Below are positions 37,403 to 52,379 of a stretch of 64,000 bases of DNA, piece after piece. The translations under genes and the position numbers were made by a program. The notes under the pieces were generated by a model. That model made no database searches. It saw nothing but the letters and a program-made list of their open reading frames with translations, and was not told the origin of the DNA. The stretch comes from Xylographa opegraphella. Its lineage: Eukaryota. Position 1 is the stretch's first letter. Every line of letters begins with the position of its first letter. The stretch lies in contig JALDZX010000081.1 of assembly GCA_022813865.1 (NCBI GenBank), positions 1 to 64,000 of the forward strand, in the 5' to 3' direction.

Positions 37403-39311
37403 ATGGCTCCTAAGAGGTCGGGCCGAGCGTCTGCTGGCAAACCGAATAAGGCAGCTACTTCAACAACATCGATCCCCTCGGCGCCTGCGCCAACGACCGA
37501 ACATCAGTCATCATCATCCGTCACTGTACAGCCGGTGGGCTCTCAAACTACTGCTCAGTTGCTGATGAAAGCTCTGGAGCTGATAGTTCTCGGTGCCGCT
37601 TACTCGACTGTATCTCAACTTTGCTTATCACCTGTGTATGGCTCCATCCCACCCTCTCTCCACCATTCGCGCATCACCATGGCGGCTGTTTTTGCTGCAT
37701 GGCTCGCTAAAAGCGCCATGGGAGCCTACATCAGGAACGATATCGTGAACCTTCTGCCAGTATTTGCTTTCATGATCCCGCCAATTCAATTCTTCCTGTT
37801 CCAACACAGCGAAGAAATGGGCCCCATCTACGGGCCACTGGTGACCGAGCTTGTGACCTACTTTCCTCTAGCAGCATTGTCGATGTACGCGGCAGCCGTG
37901 GTAATTGAGAATGTTGATTTGAGTCGCTTTGACGATCGCGTCCAGAACTCCGGACCAGCTGTCGCAACGTATTTCGTCTTCACCGCGACGGAGAAACTGA
38001 CAGATAGCTATATCCGCCAGAATGTTGGTTCAGGCCTCATCTTCACACGAGCTGGTTTGCAATTCGTGGCTGCCACTTTCTATGCTTTACTTCTGCCATC
38101 CCGGGCTATAGTCTTTGCAGTCCTGCCAATCTTGCACTCCGCTTCCGTGAATATTCACGTACCCTTAGATCATACTACGTCGGTGCTCAATGATACACTC
38201 CACACGCATAATTACTCATTAGTCGCGCGACAGGAATCCTTAACAGGATATGTCTCTGTATTAGACAACCTTCAAGACAACTTCCGAGTGATGCGCTGTG
38301 ATCACAGCCTGCTTGGTGGCGAGTGGACGCCTCCAACAACGTACGGAAGGCAAGTAAAGGAGCCTATATACTCAGTATTTACACTTCTTGAAGCTGTCCG
38401 TCTTGTAGAGACCGAGTCCGGGAAAAAGCAGCCAGTCAACTTGGAGAATGAAACGAACGCATTGGTAATGTATGTGGCCATCCAAATGATTACCATCGAT
38501 AATGCTAAATCAGCTATCAGTGGTCTCGGGATCGGTACCACACCCGCCGCTCTTATCGCTCATGGTATCTCCACAACCATTATCGAGATCGACCCCGTGG
38601 TCCACTCCTTTGCCACGCAATATTTCGCTCTCCCGACAAACCACACCTCAATCATCGAAGATGCCACTAGCTTTGTCGACCGTGCTCGCCTGGACGGCTC
38701 AGAACATCACAGCTACGACTACATTATTCATGATGTATTCACCAGCGGCGCTGAACCCGCAAGCCTTTTCACCCAGGAGTTCATCCAAGGGGTCAGCGAC
38801 TTATTGAAACCAGAAGGTGTGGTTGCCATTGTACGTTATCAATTACAACTCTTAGTCCCTTTCTTCGAAACAATGCAACACTAACCCCACCTCCTAGAAC
38901 TACGCTGGTGACCTCGCCCTCCCCTCCGCCCGCCTCGTCGTCAACACAATCAAATCAGTATTCCCCTCCTGCCGGCTCTTCCGGGAGGAGAACGAACCCT
39001 CCACCGACCTTTCCTCGGGAGAACAACCTTCATCCCAGGACTTCACCAACATGGTTCTCTTTTGCCGCAAGACCACCGAGCCCTTCTCATTCCGTGCCGC
39101 CGCTGAGGCAGATTGCCTCGGCAGCCAAGCGCGCCGGAGCCACCTGCAGCCGAAGCACGAGATCGCAGCGGATTTCTTTGGGGACGGCCCGGGGAAGGTG
39201 TTGCGGAGGGGAAAGACGGAGGCGCTGCAGCGGTGGCAGCGGGAAAGCGCGGTGGGGCATTGGAGGATCATGCGGAAGGTGCTGCCTGCGGTGGTGTGGG
39301 AGTCTTGGTAA
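37403..39311 (+). CDS. Membrane-anchored spermidine-synthase-like SAM-dependent transferase, 3 exons
   Basis: N-terminal TM segments, SLTGYVSV, MRCDHSLLGGEW, ALV|xGLGIGT, EIDPVV, YDYIIHDVFT, |NYAGDL. Introns near 38470-38520 and 38831-38898. Confidence 0.88.
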
Positions 39312-39886
39312 GGCAAGGGGTTGGGTTAACAGGGAGGAATTGCATAAGGGGCGGACCGATGTCAGTAGCGCGCCGAATGGTAGGATCTATTCAATATCAA
39401 TATATTTCACTTTGGTTGTGGGGCTGATCTGGCCAGCCACATGTCCGTGAACGCTGTGACACGACTGGCGCATGAACAGCTTAGGATATGAAATCAATAG
39501 GAAGGAAACGAAAAAGAAAGACGGAAACAACGAGGGTAGGGAGATACCGGAATGGAAAGATTGGGCAACGAAACCAACGAGGGCGGAAGATTGGAGGAGG
39601 CTGACGGAGTCGAAGGTGAAACCCAGGAGCAGACATCGGGTTTTGAGAACATTCGGTCGCGCATATCCTTCGAGCTTTAGGCCTTGGTAGGTGGTACGCT
39701 TAGAGATCGACTTTATTTATGCCCCGGTCTTGCGAAAGGGTCACTCAGCACATGTACAATGGGACTCGACGAAAAACAATAGTATTCTTATTTTTCATTT
39801 CAACTCCTCCAAGCGAGCGAGGTTAGTCAGAGTCAAGCACCACTTCTCTTCCTCGGGAGCATATCCACCCAATCACCCCACGCCTG

Positions 39887-40708
39887 TCAATATCCTCCTT
39901 GTAAGGGCGTGATCCTCTGCGTCGAACCCGTATGCGCCCGCGCCCCAGGCACAAATTCTGAAAATAAGTCCGCAGGGTTGCCCGCCTCGCTCTCCTCATC
40001 ACCGGGTTCGCTCTCGTCCGCGTCCGAGGTATCGGCTCCATAAAGTGTGACGGACAATCCGCTGAGCAGCGACCCCTGGCCCCCGACTCCTCCGCCGTTA
40101 GCGACGCAGTGTAACATCATGCGGAATAGAAGGATTTGGATGTTGTGGCCCCGGTCGACGATAGGGTATTGAGGAGAGGTACCTTGCCGGTCGATGATAA
40201 TGTGCGGCATGTCTGCGACCACGAACTCAGTGAGCGAGAGGGGCAAGAAAACCCCGGGCCGTTGATCCTCTACATCGCGGAAATGTAGCTCGTCGACACC
40301 ATCGAGTCTTCGGTCATAAATGAGGCGAAGACAGCGGGATACTGTGATGTGTGTTCCAAACCTGCTGGAGCAGGTGAAGGGCTGATAGAAGCCATCGGAA
40401 TAGGAAGCGCGTGGCGGCAGCAGCGGTATTGGAAACGCCGCCCGAGCCTCGATTTCTCGCTGAACATTGCCGGGTTTCCGTGACATGGGACGAATGATGG
40501 GGGATTGGTTGTTGACGTCTTTGGGCTCATTATTGCTGACGTTTTGCGGTTTATTTAGATGATCCTCCGTGTCATGTAATTTGACTCTCACTCCCCTCGC
40601 AAGTAAGCTAGACTTTGCAACAGAGTACGGTGAAGAAGGTCTTGAGTCGGTTTGAGTAGATGAGTGGCTAAATATGAGCGCTGCCGTGAGCGCTAATGGA
40701 AGACGCAT
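39887..40708 (-). CDS. Hypothetical secreted protein, 273 aa
   Basis: Single ATG-started ORF with signal-peptide-like MRLPLALTAALIFSHSS, three Cys and an acidic tail. No family recognised. Confidence 0.65.
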   Translation of the reverse strand: MRLPLALTAALIFSHSSTQTDSRPSSPYSVAKSSLLARGVRVKLHDTEDHLNKPQNVSNNEPKDVNNQSPIIRPMSRKPGNVQREIEARAAFPIPLLPPRASYSDGFYQPFTCSSRFGTHITVSRCLRLIYDRRLDGVDELHFRDVEDQRPGVFLPLSLTEFVVADMPHIIIDRQGTSPQYPIVDRGHNIQILLFRMMLHCVANGGGVGGQGSLLSGLSVTLYGADTSDADESEPGDEESEAGNPADLFSEFVPGARAHTGSTQRITPLQGGY

Positions 40709-41325
40709 GAAAGTGTTATGATTGAACCAACTTCTTTACCAATAGGGAGTTCAAAGCAAATACGAATTCCGGATGGTCATCGTCGAGATTGACTTCCATG
40801 CATTCTGGAGATTTTCGATTGCTAGCAATGGATTGAAGTGATGGCGGATAACAGGAACTTGACAGAGATTAGTTCGCAAAGGACAATTGTTTTGGCGCAT
40901 ATAAAATATGGTCACGCGTGAATCCGACTCTCGTCAATCCCGCCGCCGTTTGTAGCATTGCAAACTTGTCCCTAACTTTAATTTGGATAATTCAAATCAA
41001 CAACTAGGAACAGCTAAGTTGTCTTCATCGACCGTATAGGATAAGTAAAGTGTCACGCACCCACAAGCAGGGGAAATTTTTATGGACGGAAACATGCTCC
41101 ATCAGGTCCAGTCGAGAAAGTCTTTGATATCGAGCTCTTGATCCTCAGCCTCAATACTCGAAGACTCGCTGTCGCTCGTGGCCTCGTGCAGCTCAGTGAA
41201 TATGATCTCCTTTACTGAATGAAATCCATTCACGACCAAACAAAGGAAAGGAAAGGTTCGTTTCGATATGTGGGTTGGTTGCGCTACTGAGTCCGTAATC
41301 TAAGGTAGTCATTGAACCGTCATTA

Positions 41326-42359
41326 TCACGGTGCTTTTCGTTTGAGTCGTCCCGCCAGTATCGTAAAAACCCGCGTCAACTCTTTATCTTCATGGACATA
41401 GTCCACCCGCATACGACCCTTCTTGTCTTTGACGTCGGGATTGGATCCCTTCCTGAGCAGGTTCCGACAAAGATCTTTCAAACCTAACTGGGCAGCATAG
41501 TGCAGAGGAGTCGCTCCGAACAAGTTGGTTGTTCTGACCCGTGCGCCTGCGTCGACCAAAGGCCGTACCACATCTTCGTGTTTGGGAGCTATTGTGTACT
41601 GTAATGGGATATCACCAACAATTGTGTATTTCTTATCCAAGGTTGCACCTTTGTTCAGAAACAATTGGATGACATCCTTTTGGTTATGCGTTGCACAATG
41701 TAAAAGTGTACTCCCAGCATAATCAACATTTTCGACGGAGGCGCCGATACTCAGAAATAGAGCAAGTATTTGCAGGCAACCACGCGCAGCAGCATAATTC
41801 AACATATTGTCTGCTACCACCAGTCCTGGTGCAGAACAACCTACATGGCGTGAATCCCGCCAGTCAATACCCCTTCGTACCGCTCAGGGTTCACATACAC
41901 ATTGATCATCTGCAAGGTGATTTGCAATGCCATGTTATAGGTATGCAGTTGCGACCTGTACGTCCGAACATCATCATCGTGCAGGTTTAGTTTAAACTGT
42001 CTATTTGACTGCTTCAGCCACGAAGGGCCGCTTGTCGGCTTCTCCCGTATACCATTCAGAGCTTTATGAAACCTCTCCAGAGTTCCGCGGCAGTCAATGA
42101 TCGATCCAAGGACAGTCTCCCACAAGTCATCGTTCTCCTCGTTCTGAGTGACGAGTCGCACTGCCGTAAGGGAAGGGCTCTTGAGACGGGCGGAAATCCC
42201 ATCGAGCATATGACTTATTCCATCGACCTCTGCACATAACGAATGAACCGTTTGGTCCACAGTCTTTGTGGTCTGGACGGAAGTGTAAAGCGTGGTGGAG
42301 ACTTGGTAAACGAGTTTGGTGACAGAACCCGCAAAGGCAAGGATGCTAAGCGGATCCAT
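41326..42359 (-). pseudogene. HeLo-like (fungal N-terminal) domain plus ankyrin repeats; in-frame splice acceptor appears defective
   Basis: MDPLSILAFAGSVTKL..CRGTLERF..FKLNL..LQMINV followed by ankyrins (GSTLLHCA, GDIPLQY, GATPLHYAAQLG). Joining them needs a 50-nt intron 41898-41849 that ends in CG. Confidence 0.7.
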
Positions 42360-43078
42360 GGCAGCCTCGTGGACGTCGGACACGATGTCTGACCATCCCA
42401 AAATCTCACGGAGGTTATGTCCCAGCGCGCCAAGCACGAGATGCGGAATATGCCCCAGATGTCATGAGGCTGATCCATGGTGACACAACGGTCAGGAACA
42501 CGCGTTACCTGCTTCGGAAGGACGTCCAAGTCTCATTTTCTCTTCGACTGTACTGCTCGAGCAGCACCGGTATGATAATCCAGAAATGGTCGGTCGTGAG
42601 AGAACGTCTCGCCAAAGATGCAGCTTGCTATTTTGAACATAAGGCCCCAACACGGCGGGCGACAAGCGTCGTGCGATCATTGCGATTGATTTTTTAGATG
42701 CTAAAGGTCTTTTGAATTTTTATTATTTTCAGCTCTCCGTGCGGATTAATCTATATCAAAAGAACGCCGAAACAGCTTTCGACCCCCGCATCGACTTGGA
42801 GCAGCAAGCTACAATAAATAGGTCGTGCCGGTGATGTTTTGCGGTTGAATTTCATTATAACCCGAATTAGACGTATCATATATGTTGTAATGCGTAAGAG
42901 TAAAGGAAGAATCGGCCAAACAACACCAACAGTATTCATTACTTCCGACTTTACTTGGCTATTATAAGACGTAGATTATGGTATTATATATATGCTTTTT
43001 GGTAATATCGCAACCTCATCGATCCCCACACACATTATTCGTACCTATATTCTCATGCGTGTCATCTCCGTGCACCGT

Positions 43079-44133
43079 TCAAGATAAGACAACTTCGGCA
43101 GGTCCAGCTAGGGTGCCGAAGTTGGTAAGCTCCGTCTCGTTTAGCCCACCAGCGAAGGTGGTGAGTATAGCAAAGACAACACCACTAACATTGGCAGGCA
43201 CGGGAACGGTGCCCATACCAGTGCCTGTCATGGTGACCTGCTCAAAGATTGGTGGCGAGATCTGATTGATCATGGCAATGTACAGCGGCGCACTTGGGTC
43301 GACCGGTACAAAAAAGGTAGCCGGGTCCCAGGCGAACTCTAGCGCTGTGCCAGCGGGCGTTGGCGGTTGAAGGTTCGGGGGTGGCATCGGGGATGTCAGG
43401 TTGAGCTTTGGCAGGAGAACGATCGGTAGGTACATCGGGCAGGAGACGACGAACATCGAAGCCAAGTTGTACGCCCAAACAGCGGTAAGAGGAGTATCGA
43501 AAGCTGTAGGGAACGGGGAAGCTCCAACTCCTGTGCGTAGGTAGGCATCGTGACGGGCCTCCATAGGGAGGATGCTGGCAGCATCTTCCAAAAGGTTGGG
43601 GTTGTCGACAAGCAAAGTAGAGCCTCCGATATACGCGCCAATCCCGACACTAGCAGAGTGTCAGCAGAATGGCCAATAGAAGCACGTGACAGCACTAACG
43701 TTGTGATCATGTTGGCAAGATCAACGAATGAGGTAGGCGAGTCGTAAGGGAAGTTGTAGGTGCAGTTCGGGACTGGGGCGACGCCATAGGTCTCTAAGAT
43801 GCCAGCGAGGGCTCCGATATGAATAGCCTCGTGCTATGCAATGAGTTCATTAGCAAGAGTTCGGATGTGTAGAGGTTGAAGGCGAGATACCGAGGCAATG
43901 ACGGCGACATTCTCGCGGAATCCCGGCGGGAATCCTGCAGCGGTGTACTCTGCATCAGTGAAGTTCTCGTATCCGCCGGTGTACAGAGTGTGCTCCAAGT
44001 TCTCTAGGAAGACGGCCAATTGAAGGACCGACTCGTCATTGGCCGAGAGCGGCAGGATTTGCCTTTTCTGGACAGGAGCTGCGGCGACAAGGCTGAGGAG
44101 GCCAAGAGCCTGCGCGCCAACAGATAAACGCAT
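43079..44133 (-). CDS. Secreted ferritin-like domain protein (Rds1-like), 3 exons
   Basis: Signal peptide plus KR, D..VLQLAVFLENLE..Y, |HEAIH, CTYNFPY, |VGIGAYIGG, AASILPMEARHDAYLR. Confidence 0.9.
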
Positions 44134-46771
44134 GATCGAGGGCAGAATACCGTACGACAGAGCGGTGCAGTTGGATTGGGGAATACTGGAACACGCGTGG
44201 AGCTCAATCGCCGAGAGATGCAGAGGGAGAACGGGGATCGGGGATGCAGCAATATAAGGCCTGGCCGGAAGCACTTTCTATCCTTAAGGCAAGTCATTGA
44301 CGTTGACATGAGCTGAGCACTGAACGGGCACTGCTGGCCACCTGAGTGCTCCCCCGCTCCGCTTTGAGCGATCTGCATCTTGGTAACGGGCATGTCTGCG
44401 GTCCAGCATGCGGGTCGCCACCCACTCTAAGCAGGAACGGGCCTCGCACCACACCGGAACGAGGACGCGGTGACATTACATCACGACTGTCAGTCTGTCA
44501 CTGTCACCGTCACCGTCCCTGTCAGGTCATCCTGTCTTAGCGAGGCTGATGGCGGGGCAGCAGTGCGGGGAAAAGGCACGTTGCGAAGTGCTTGGGAGAG
44601 GCTTGCTGTCGGTGAAGACGGCCGAGAAGTACCACAGTACTTCGTAAGGTAAGGTAGGTACCTAAGCTTAACTACTGCAGCCGACCAATCAGCGAAAGGC
44701 CCCGAGTGACGTCGAGCTCCGGATGCTGCCAAGCAATGCCCGCAACCGAAGGATCTGATCTCGGGTAAGGTCCTTTAGTCCCAATCGGTTCGAGATGAAG
44801 GACTCGGCCCGGATCGTGGTAGCATGGGCAGTGAGAGTGCCTACCTAAGGTACCTACCTCATTGATGTACCTCATCCCAGACTAACTTCTTAGAGCAATA
44901 CATACATACCCTAGGTAATTACAATATCGGTGTGTGCACTTCACCATTCGTGTCACTCTCGGGGTGCATGCGCGGAGGGCCCTCGTGCTTGCCTCGTCCT
45001 ACGACTCTTGAGAAGATGCAGTGCTTCAGACATGCTTCACTCGCTTCGAAACCAGATGTATGCGGATGAGATCTTCGGCAAAGAGGATGAGGCGGCCAGC
45101 GGAGACGACAAGTGGGAGAGTGGGAGAGTGGAAGCAAAACAAGACGCGAGAGATGGATTTGTGTGAGCTATTCACGTCAGGCTTGTCCGTACGATTGTTC
45201 AACACCGCTTGTTGGGTCCTGAACTGTAGACTCGATTCCGCATAGTATTAGGATTCTCGGTCCCCATACACGTCGTCGTCGAAGCACGAATACACATTGT
45301 GCCTATTCCAGCTCGACCTCGGTGGCCGCACTTGTTGGTGATTCCCATATTCCTGTACGTCAATGCATGCCAGACAGAGAAGAGAATACGTCACCTATCC
45401 CCACGGTCAAGAAGAATGAACATGGTCCGGGGAATGAACTTGGGACTTCCGGACACACTAGGAACTTCAATTGGCATCGCCTCGGCCGCAGATTATATAA
45501 TTGACTCCAAGCTCTGATGCAGTGTACGAACGTGATGCTTTGGGATCAACCACAACCAGCAATCTCAACAGCACACGAAAAGACGCGTAAAGATTTCCCA
45601 TCATGCGACATTTTGTAGATAATTGTATGAAAGGCCCACATGAGTCTTGTGCTCCGACATATGTACTGCTTTCCCAATCTTCCACGTGGAATATCCGATG
45701 AATCCTATTCTTCCAACATTCCATCTCTCCCCACGCCTACCACCTCGTACCTTATCCTGTCCTGGTTAAAATTTCGATAATCAGCAGTATCCTCGCACTC
45801 TCCAAAAAAACTCTTCAGGAGCACTCCGACCACTCACCTTGTAAAAAAACGTGTTGAAGCCCCGTCCCCACCAGAGTAATCGGAATCGAATTGCACTGTC
45901 CGTGCCCCCTTCCCTTCCCCTTGCAGGTCAGGTGCAGGAGCACGAAGAAGTACGCTGCGTATTGCACTAAAGTGTCACCCGGCCGTCAAGCTTGCGCTCT
46001 CCAGCTTCGGGCCACCATCTCCGCATCGGCTCTTCCATAGGAACATGCATCACCCCCACGCTCCCGTCCCCTGACGGTTCAGAGAGCACAAGGGTCAACA
46101 GTCCTGCGTTTCTGATACCGAGTGCAAGCGCATGCGCGCCAGGCCTTCACGGGCGGAACGACACGTACATTCTAGAAGCGGTATGTGTGTATGGATGGTG
46201 GAGATTACTCCGAATTTCTCATTTGCAATTTGTACGTCCCTGGATGAGAGGGGAAGCTTGTCAGGGACAGACCTCTGTTTGTGGAGCAAAGAAACGCAGC
46301 GGTGGTGGGGGCGGCGCTTGAAGGGAAAGAGAGAAGGAGGATAGAAAATAAGTTATGTAAATGTCGAAATTCTGCCGGCGCTAGGACTAGTGGGCGGTGA
46401 ATGTTCATGTGTGAATGGGAAGCGAGATTATATGTCAGAAGCGCTATCAAAATATAGGTATCGATAAATTACTCGTAGATCGATGGCTTGTCTTTTCTTT
46501 ATTTGATGTAACATTGCCCTCAACATAGTACCTGTGTAATCGAGAAAGCTTCGAACATAGATCCTCAACACATATTACCCGGGCTATTAACGGATCCACA
46601 TAGCAAGCACAGCTATCTATATAATAAACTCACGGCTTAAGAGAACATTGGGGAATCTTATCATTCACACCAGACGCCGGAACCAACCGTTGGAGCTTCA
46701 GAGAATCTTGTCTCACCAACAACGCCAGCATTAGACTTCAGCCATATGCTAAACCATACCTGAAACGGGCA

Positions 46772-48112
46772 TTAAAGCCTCTTGCCAGGAACGAAGATGA
46801 ACAGTACGATCAGTGCGACTCCAATGAGAACAGTGCAAGCAAGGACCATAGAAGCACGTTTGTTGAGTAGGCGGCGAACAAATGGCTCCCTTATTCGTGA
46901 CCAATTCATGAAGGTATACTCGCTGAATCCAAGGAGAGCAAGGATCGGATCGATCGAGTATTGATCAGAGGCAAGGCAATAGACCCCGATTGTGAACGGT
47001 AGAATAAGCTGAAAAGTAGAGAGTTAGTAAACAGTAACAAAGTTGATAACATTGTGCATAGGGCTATGACACGTACCCAGCACCTTATGTGTTTCGGTTT
47101 GTCTAGGAAAATAAGAGCAAATCCTGCCCAGAATCCCCCAAACAAGCCTAGTAGACCCAGAATCCTTCGAACGAAGATGCTAGGAGGAACAAGATTGCCA
47201 AGTGCTTTGGACCTTAAAAAACCCGGGAAAGCATCCCTCTCCATAGCTTGAAATGTGTAGTCTTTGGCCGCGTCGAAGACCTCTGGATCATCTCGGCCAT
47301 CTTCTTCGATGGAAGCAATTATGTCGTTGAGCATACCTTGTGGAAGGATAATCTCCCGTTCGGAACCAGGTAGAAGATACGTATAGAGAATGTTTTCAGC
47401 ACTGACTCTCAAGTCCGCCCGTGCGACGGTATGAGCAGGCGAGTTTGAGTCTGTTATGCTATTCTGAAGACCATTGCTCATGAAGCTAGCCCGGGGTAAC
47501 CGTTCCGCGTTTGGCGCACGGTCTCCAGAACCACGAGCACCTGATTGCTCCGAGCCCAAGCTGCTATGTGGTGAATGTTGATTATTTCCCCCAATTTCTT
47601 GTCGCTCTTGTCGCAAATAGGCTGAGAGTTGTTGATTGCTGGTTTTGGTATCGTCCTTGTAAGTCGATGGTCCTGCTGGGTCATTGGGGTCTGTAAACTG
47701 GTCGAGAATCATCGATGAACGCTTCGAGCCTTTCTCAAGCTCTGGTGTCTCAATAAGCACCGAACGACGAAGTTCTCGAACGTAGTGCCGGCATAGTGAC
47801 ATATGTTGGGTAACATCGAGCCTGGAGTCAAAGATTAGATCTGTCTTGATATGGTGACCAGCCTCCAGTTAGAGAAGAGTAGTATTACCAAAAATCGAGG
47901 TAGTCCACGGATCTTTGCTGATCGCGCATGTAAATGTAGAATGAGAACAAATCGACCGGTGCCATAGTCTGCCGTTGTAGGACTTCATTGAGTGTTGGTA
48001 GACGATTTCGCCTACGTTCGACATCTGGAGGCGGTGACGGCGAGCTTATCTGTGGTATCATTTGGCTCCTTCTGTTCGTTGTTTGACCTTGGCCATTCAG
48101 AGCTGTCGACAT
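46772..48112 (-). CDS. RAX1: RGS-domain membrane protein Rax1/RgsB, 3 exons
   Basis: RLPTLNEVL..APVDLFSFYIYMRDQQRSVDYLDFW|LDV, GRDDPEVFD, AMERDAFPGFL, C-terminal TMs ending FVPGKRL. Confidence 0.92.
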
Positions 48113-48520
48113 TGTATCGATAGTTCGGGTGCGACCGTAGCTGGACTCCCGGAGAATTGCTGAATGATGGCCTTCTTGCAGTCAGTGGAAGACTGACTGT
48201 TTCTGATGCACGACGCGATCTGCACAGTCAAAATACTAGAGGTAGTGTGGTCTTGTGGATTCATCTACGGTAGGAACCAATCGTCTTGTTGATGAAGCAG
48301 AACCTGAACGGGTATCAAATTACCGGGATGTGGCTGACGTAGCGCGGATTCTGCGACATCACAAACGGGGCAATACATAACTTTATTTAGTCTCGACACG
48401 GTCCCCGGTTTCAAAAATCTGTGCTATGGCTAACGTAAAGACCATATGATACAGATTACATTGATCGTCATGAGGAAATTTTAGAAGGAGAAAGTGAGGT
48501 CAGCTCCTTTTCAATCCTCG

Positions 48521-49559
48521 TCATTCCCCTTCATCTCCCTCCCCTTCTTCTGGAATATACGCGACAAACCTAAAGTCCACAAAGCTGAACCGGTCGTCGT
48601 CCACTTCAATTATGAATTGAAGGCTTAAAACACCTTGGTCGTCACCACGAATACTAACTTTATTGGCCATTTCCATCGCCCTACTAGCCCCTTTGATCAA
48701 CGAGTACTTGTATGTATTCACAACTCTGCGCGGAACGTAAAAAGTCTCGAGTAATTGGGGGTCTTTGCTGAATTCAACTGTTGCGGAACCTAGTGGACCA
48801 CTAGATGAAAGCGCGAAGTACGGAGCGACGGGAGATGCGACTATGGTCAGGCGCGTAGGCGATGTAGAAGACAGCTCTGTAATAGCATCGTGAAGCCACC
48901 TTGCTTTCATTATAATTTTCTGTGATATAGCATCCGTTTGTAATGGGATATCCGCCCTCGGCTCAGGTTCGTAGGTCACGAGCTCACAAGTGGTAGTAAC
49001 ACCGGTCTCCTCAAGAACAATACAAAGTGGCTCACCAACGCCAGCGCAACTTAGCCGGCATAAGCCTGCCATATCAAGGACACGGTTATCAAAGGCAGCA
49101 GCTGGTCCTCCTCTTGCCACAGAGCCAGTCACGCCACCATAAGTGGGATCCCGAGAAGACCAACGGTCTTTGAGGTCGTTTGATACAAAGATTTGTAGAG
49201 TTTCTAATAAGGATGACAGGGAAATCTCTAGGACCAGTGGCTCTCCATCCTCCTCTTCAGGCTCTGCATCATCCTCGCTGGGCTCTGCAACCAGGGGATT
49301 GAAAGTGTAAGACGTGAATAGCGATTTGTCCAAGAACGCCTGACCTAAAAAAGAATAAGTGATATTGTTTCCCAGAAGGTAAGGCAGTCATACCTTGCAT
49401 TACTCTGGACTCCTCGACGGTGAACCGTAATCCTATCTTGTTGATATGGACGTGGGCCCTTGGCGCGAAGTTAATACAGCGAAGTAGCTGGAATAATTGT
49501 CTGGTAGAACTCGAAACGGCATTAAATACAGGTGTGGAAGGATCGTTGCTCGAAGTCAT
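48521..49559 (-). CDS. rad1: 9-1-1 checkpoint clamp subunit (S. pombe/human Rad1, Rec1, S. cerevisiae Rad17 family), 2 exons
   Basis: FNAVSSSTRQLFQLLRCI..GLRFTVEESRVMQ|G.AFLDKSLF, TTCELVTYEP, KVSIRGDDQGVLSLQF..FVDFRF. Confidence 0.9.
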
Positions 49560-50573
49560 TGGGGCGGTCAATAAGACAATTGGCAAGTCTTAAGTAGTCG
49601 TAGTAGAGTTCAAGAGTCACTTTTTTCTGCATCCACGAGTTGTAAACTAAGCCAATAGGCCACCGGAAAACTCAGCTGAAGTATTGTGAACGGTCAGTGC
49701 AGCCCAGCCGGATAGTAGAACTTGCAGTGCTTCAGTGTTTTAATTGCGACAATTTAGTATGCAATTTCAAACGGCTTCCACTTTCTGCTTTGAGATTCAA
49801 GTAGATGAAGAATTAGGTTGGTATCAATGTAATGTAATGTACAATATAAAAAGCGAAGAGTTCCCTAATTGTGCGCCTTAGACATAAACGCCGACAGCAC
49901 AGATCATGTACACTGCTCCGAAGCTGGGCGGTATCAGTGATGTGCATTTACAGCGATTCTAGATTAAACATACCCAAAGGCCAGGGATGCCGGAAGCGCA
50001 AACACGGGAACACTTTTTAACGAACGATCTTTCATCATGTTAGCTCTTGGTACGAAGCTTGACAATCCAATTTGAGCCTACTCAATCCGAAAAGACCTGT
50101 CAGGATAAAGGCTGTAGCCAGTCAGTGAGTAATTGGTAAGTGACTAGCATCACAGCTCACCAGTGAAGAGTAGGATGAAGCCGACGGTGAATTGTCTTTC
50201 CTTGCTGATAACAGGGTAGAATGGATTGCCTGCTGCTGCCTCCCAAACGTCGTTCAGAGACATTGATGTGATGACCAAAGCTTTGCGGAAGTGAGACTTA
50301 GATATGCAAGTTCTAGAAGAAACACCTGATAACTTACTCCGACTTCAAAGAGAGTAAGGTATGCTTGATATGGACAGCTTCTTCACGAACGTTGAAAGAG
50401 CTCAGGAACAAAACTTTAAGCTCAAATATTCTACAGTCTCTCATTGGTCGGCTACACGAGGTAGATCTCCCGCCGGTAAGGGCTAGCTTCGTCTTACTAG
50501 CCCCGAGTCTTAACGCCGTTTGACGTCTTCGGACACTGAGTCGCAAGTGGATGGGGATTAAGAATGCGCAGCA

Positions 50574-51964
<1,391 letters not shown>

Positions 51965-52379
51965 AGTACGATCTTGGGAAACGGGTTTGGGGTAAGGAGT
52001 TGTTTGTCGTTTGTGACAATGACGGAGGCCACTCTCTCGGAAAGATACCATGATTATGGCTTATAAAAAGATGCTAAAATAGGAGTTGGCTATTCGAACA
52101 CTTAGCTCTATTATTGAATGATGAGACGACTAGCTCGATTTGAAATATTACAACCCCTTTCTTGAGTACCTGAAATTGACCACGTATATTGAATTAAATC
52201 CAATCGTGTCGATTAGGTATAAATATTCTGGTCATGTCCTTTCAAATTATTGTGCCCACCACGATATTTTGGGTTTGATAACAAACATAAGTACTGTAAG
52301 TCGACCTGCTTGATGAAAGTGGATGCAATAACCTTAATTCGTCAATCCCAAACCAAAGCTCAGAGCCTTAAAGGACCTC

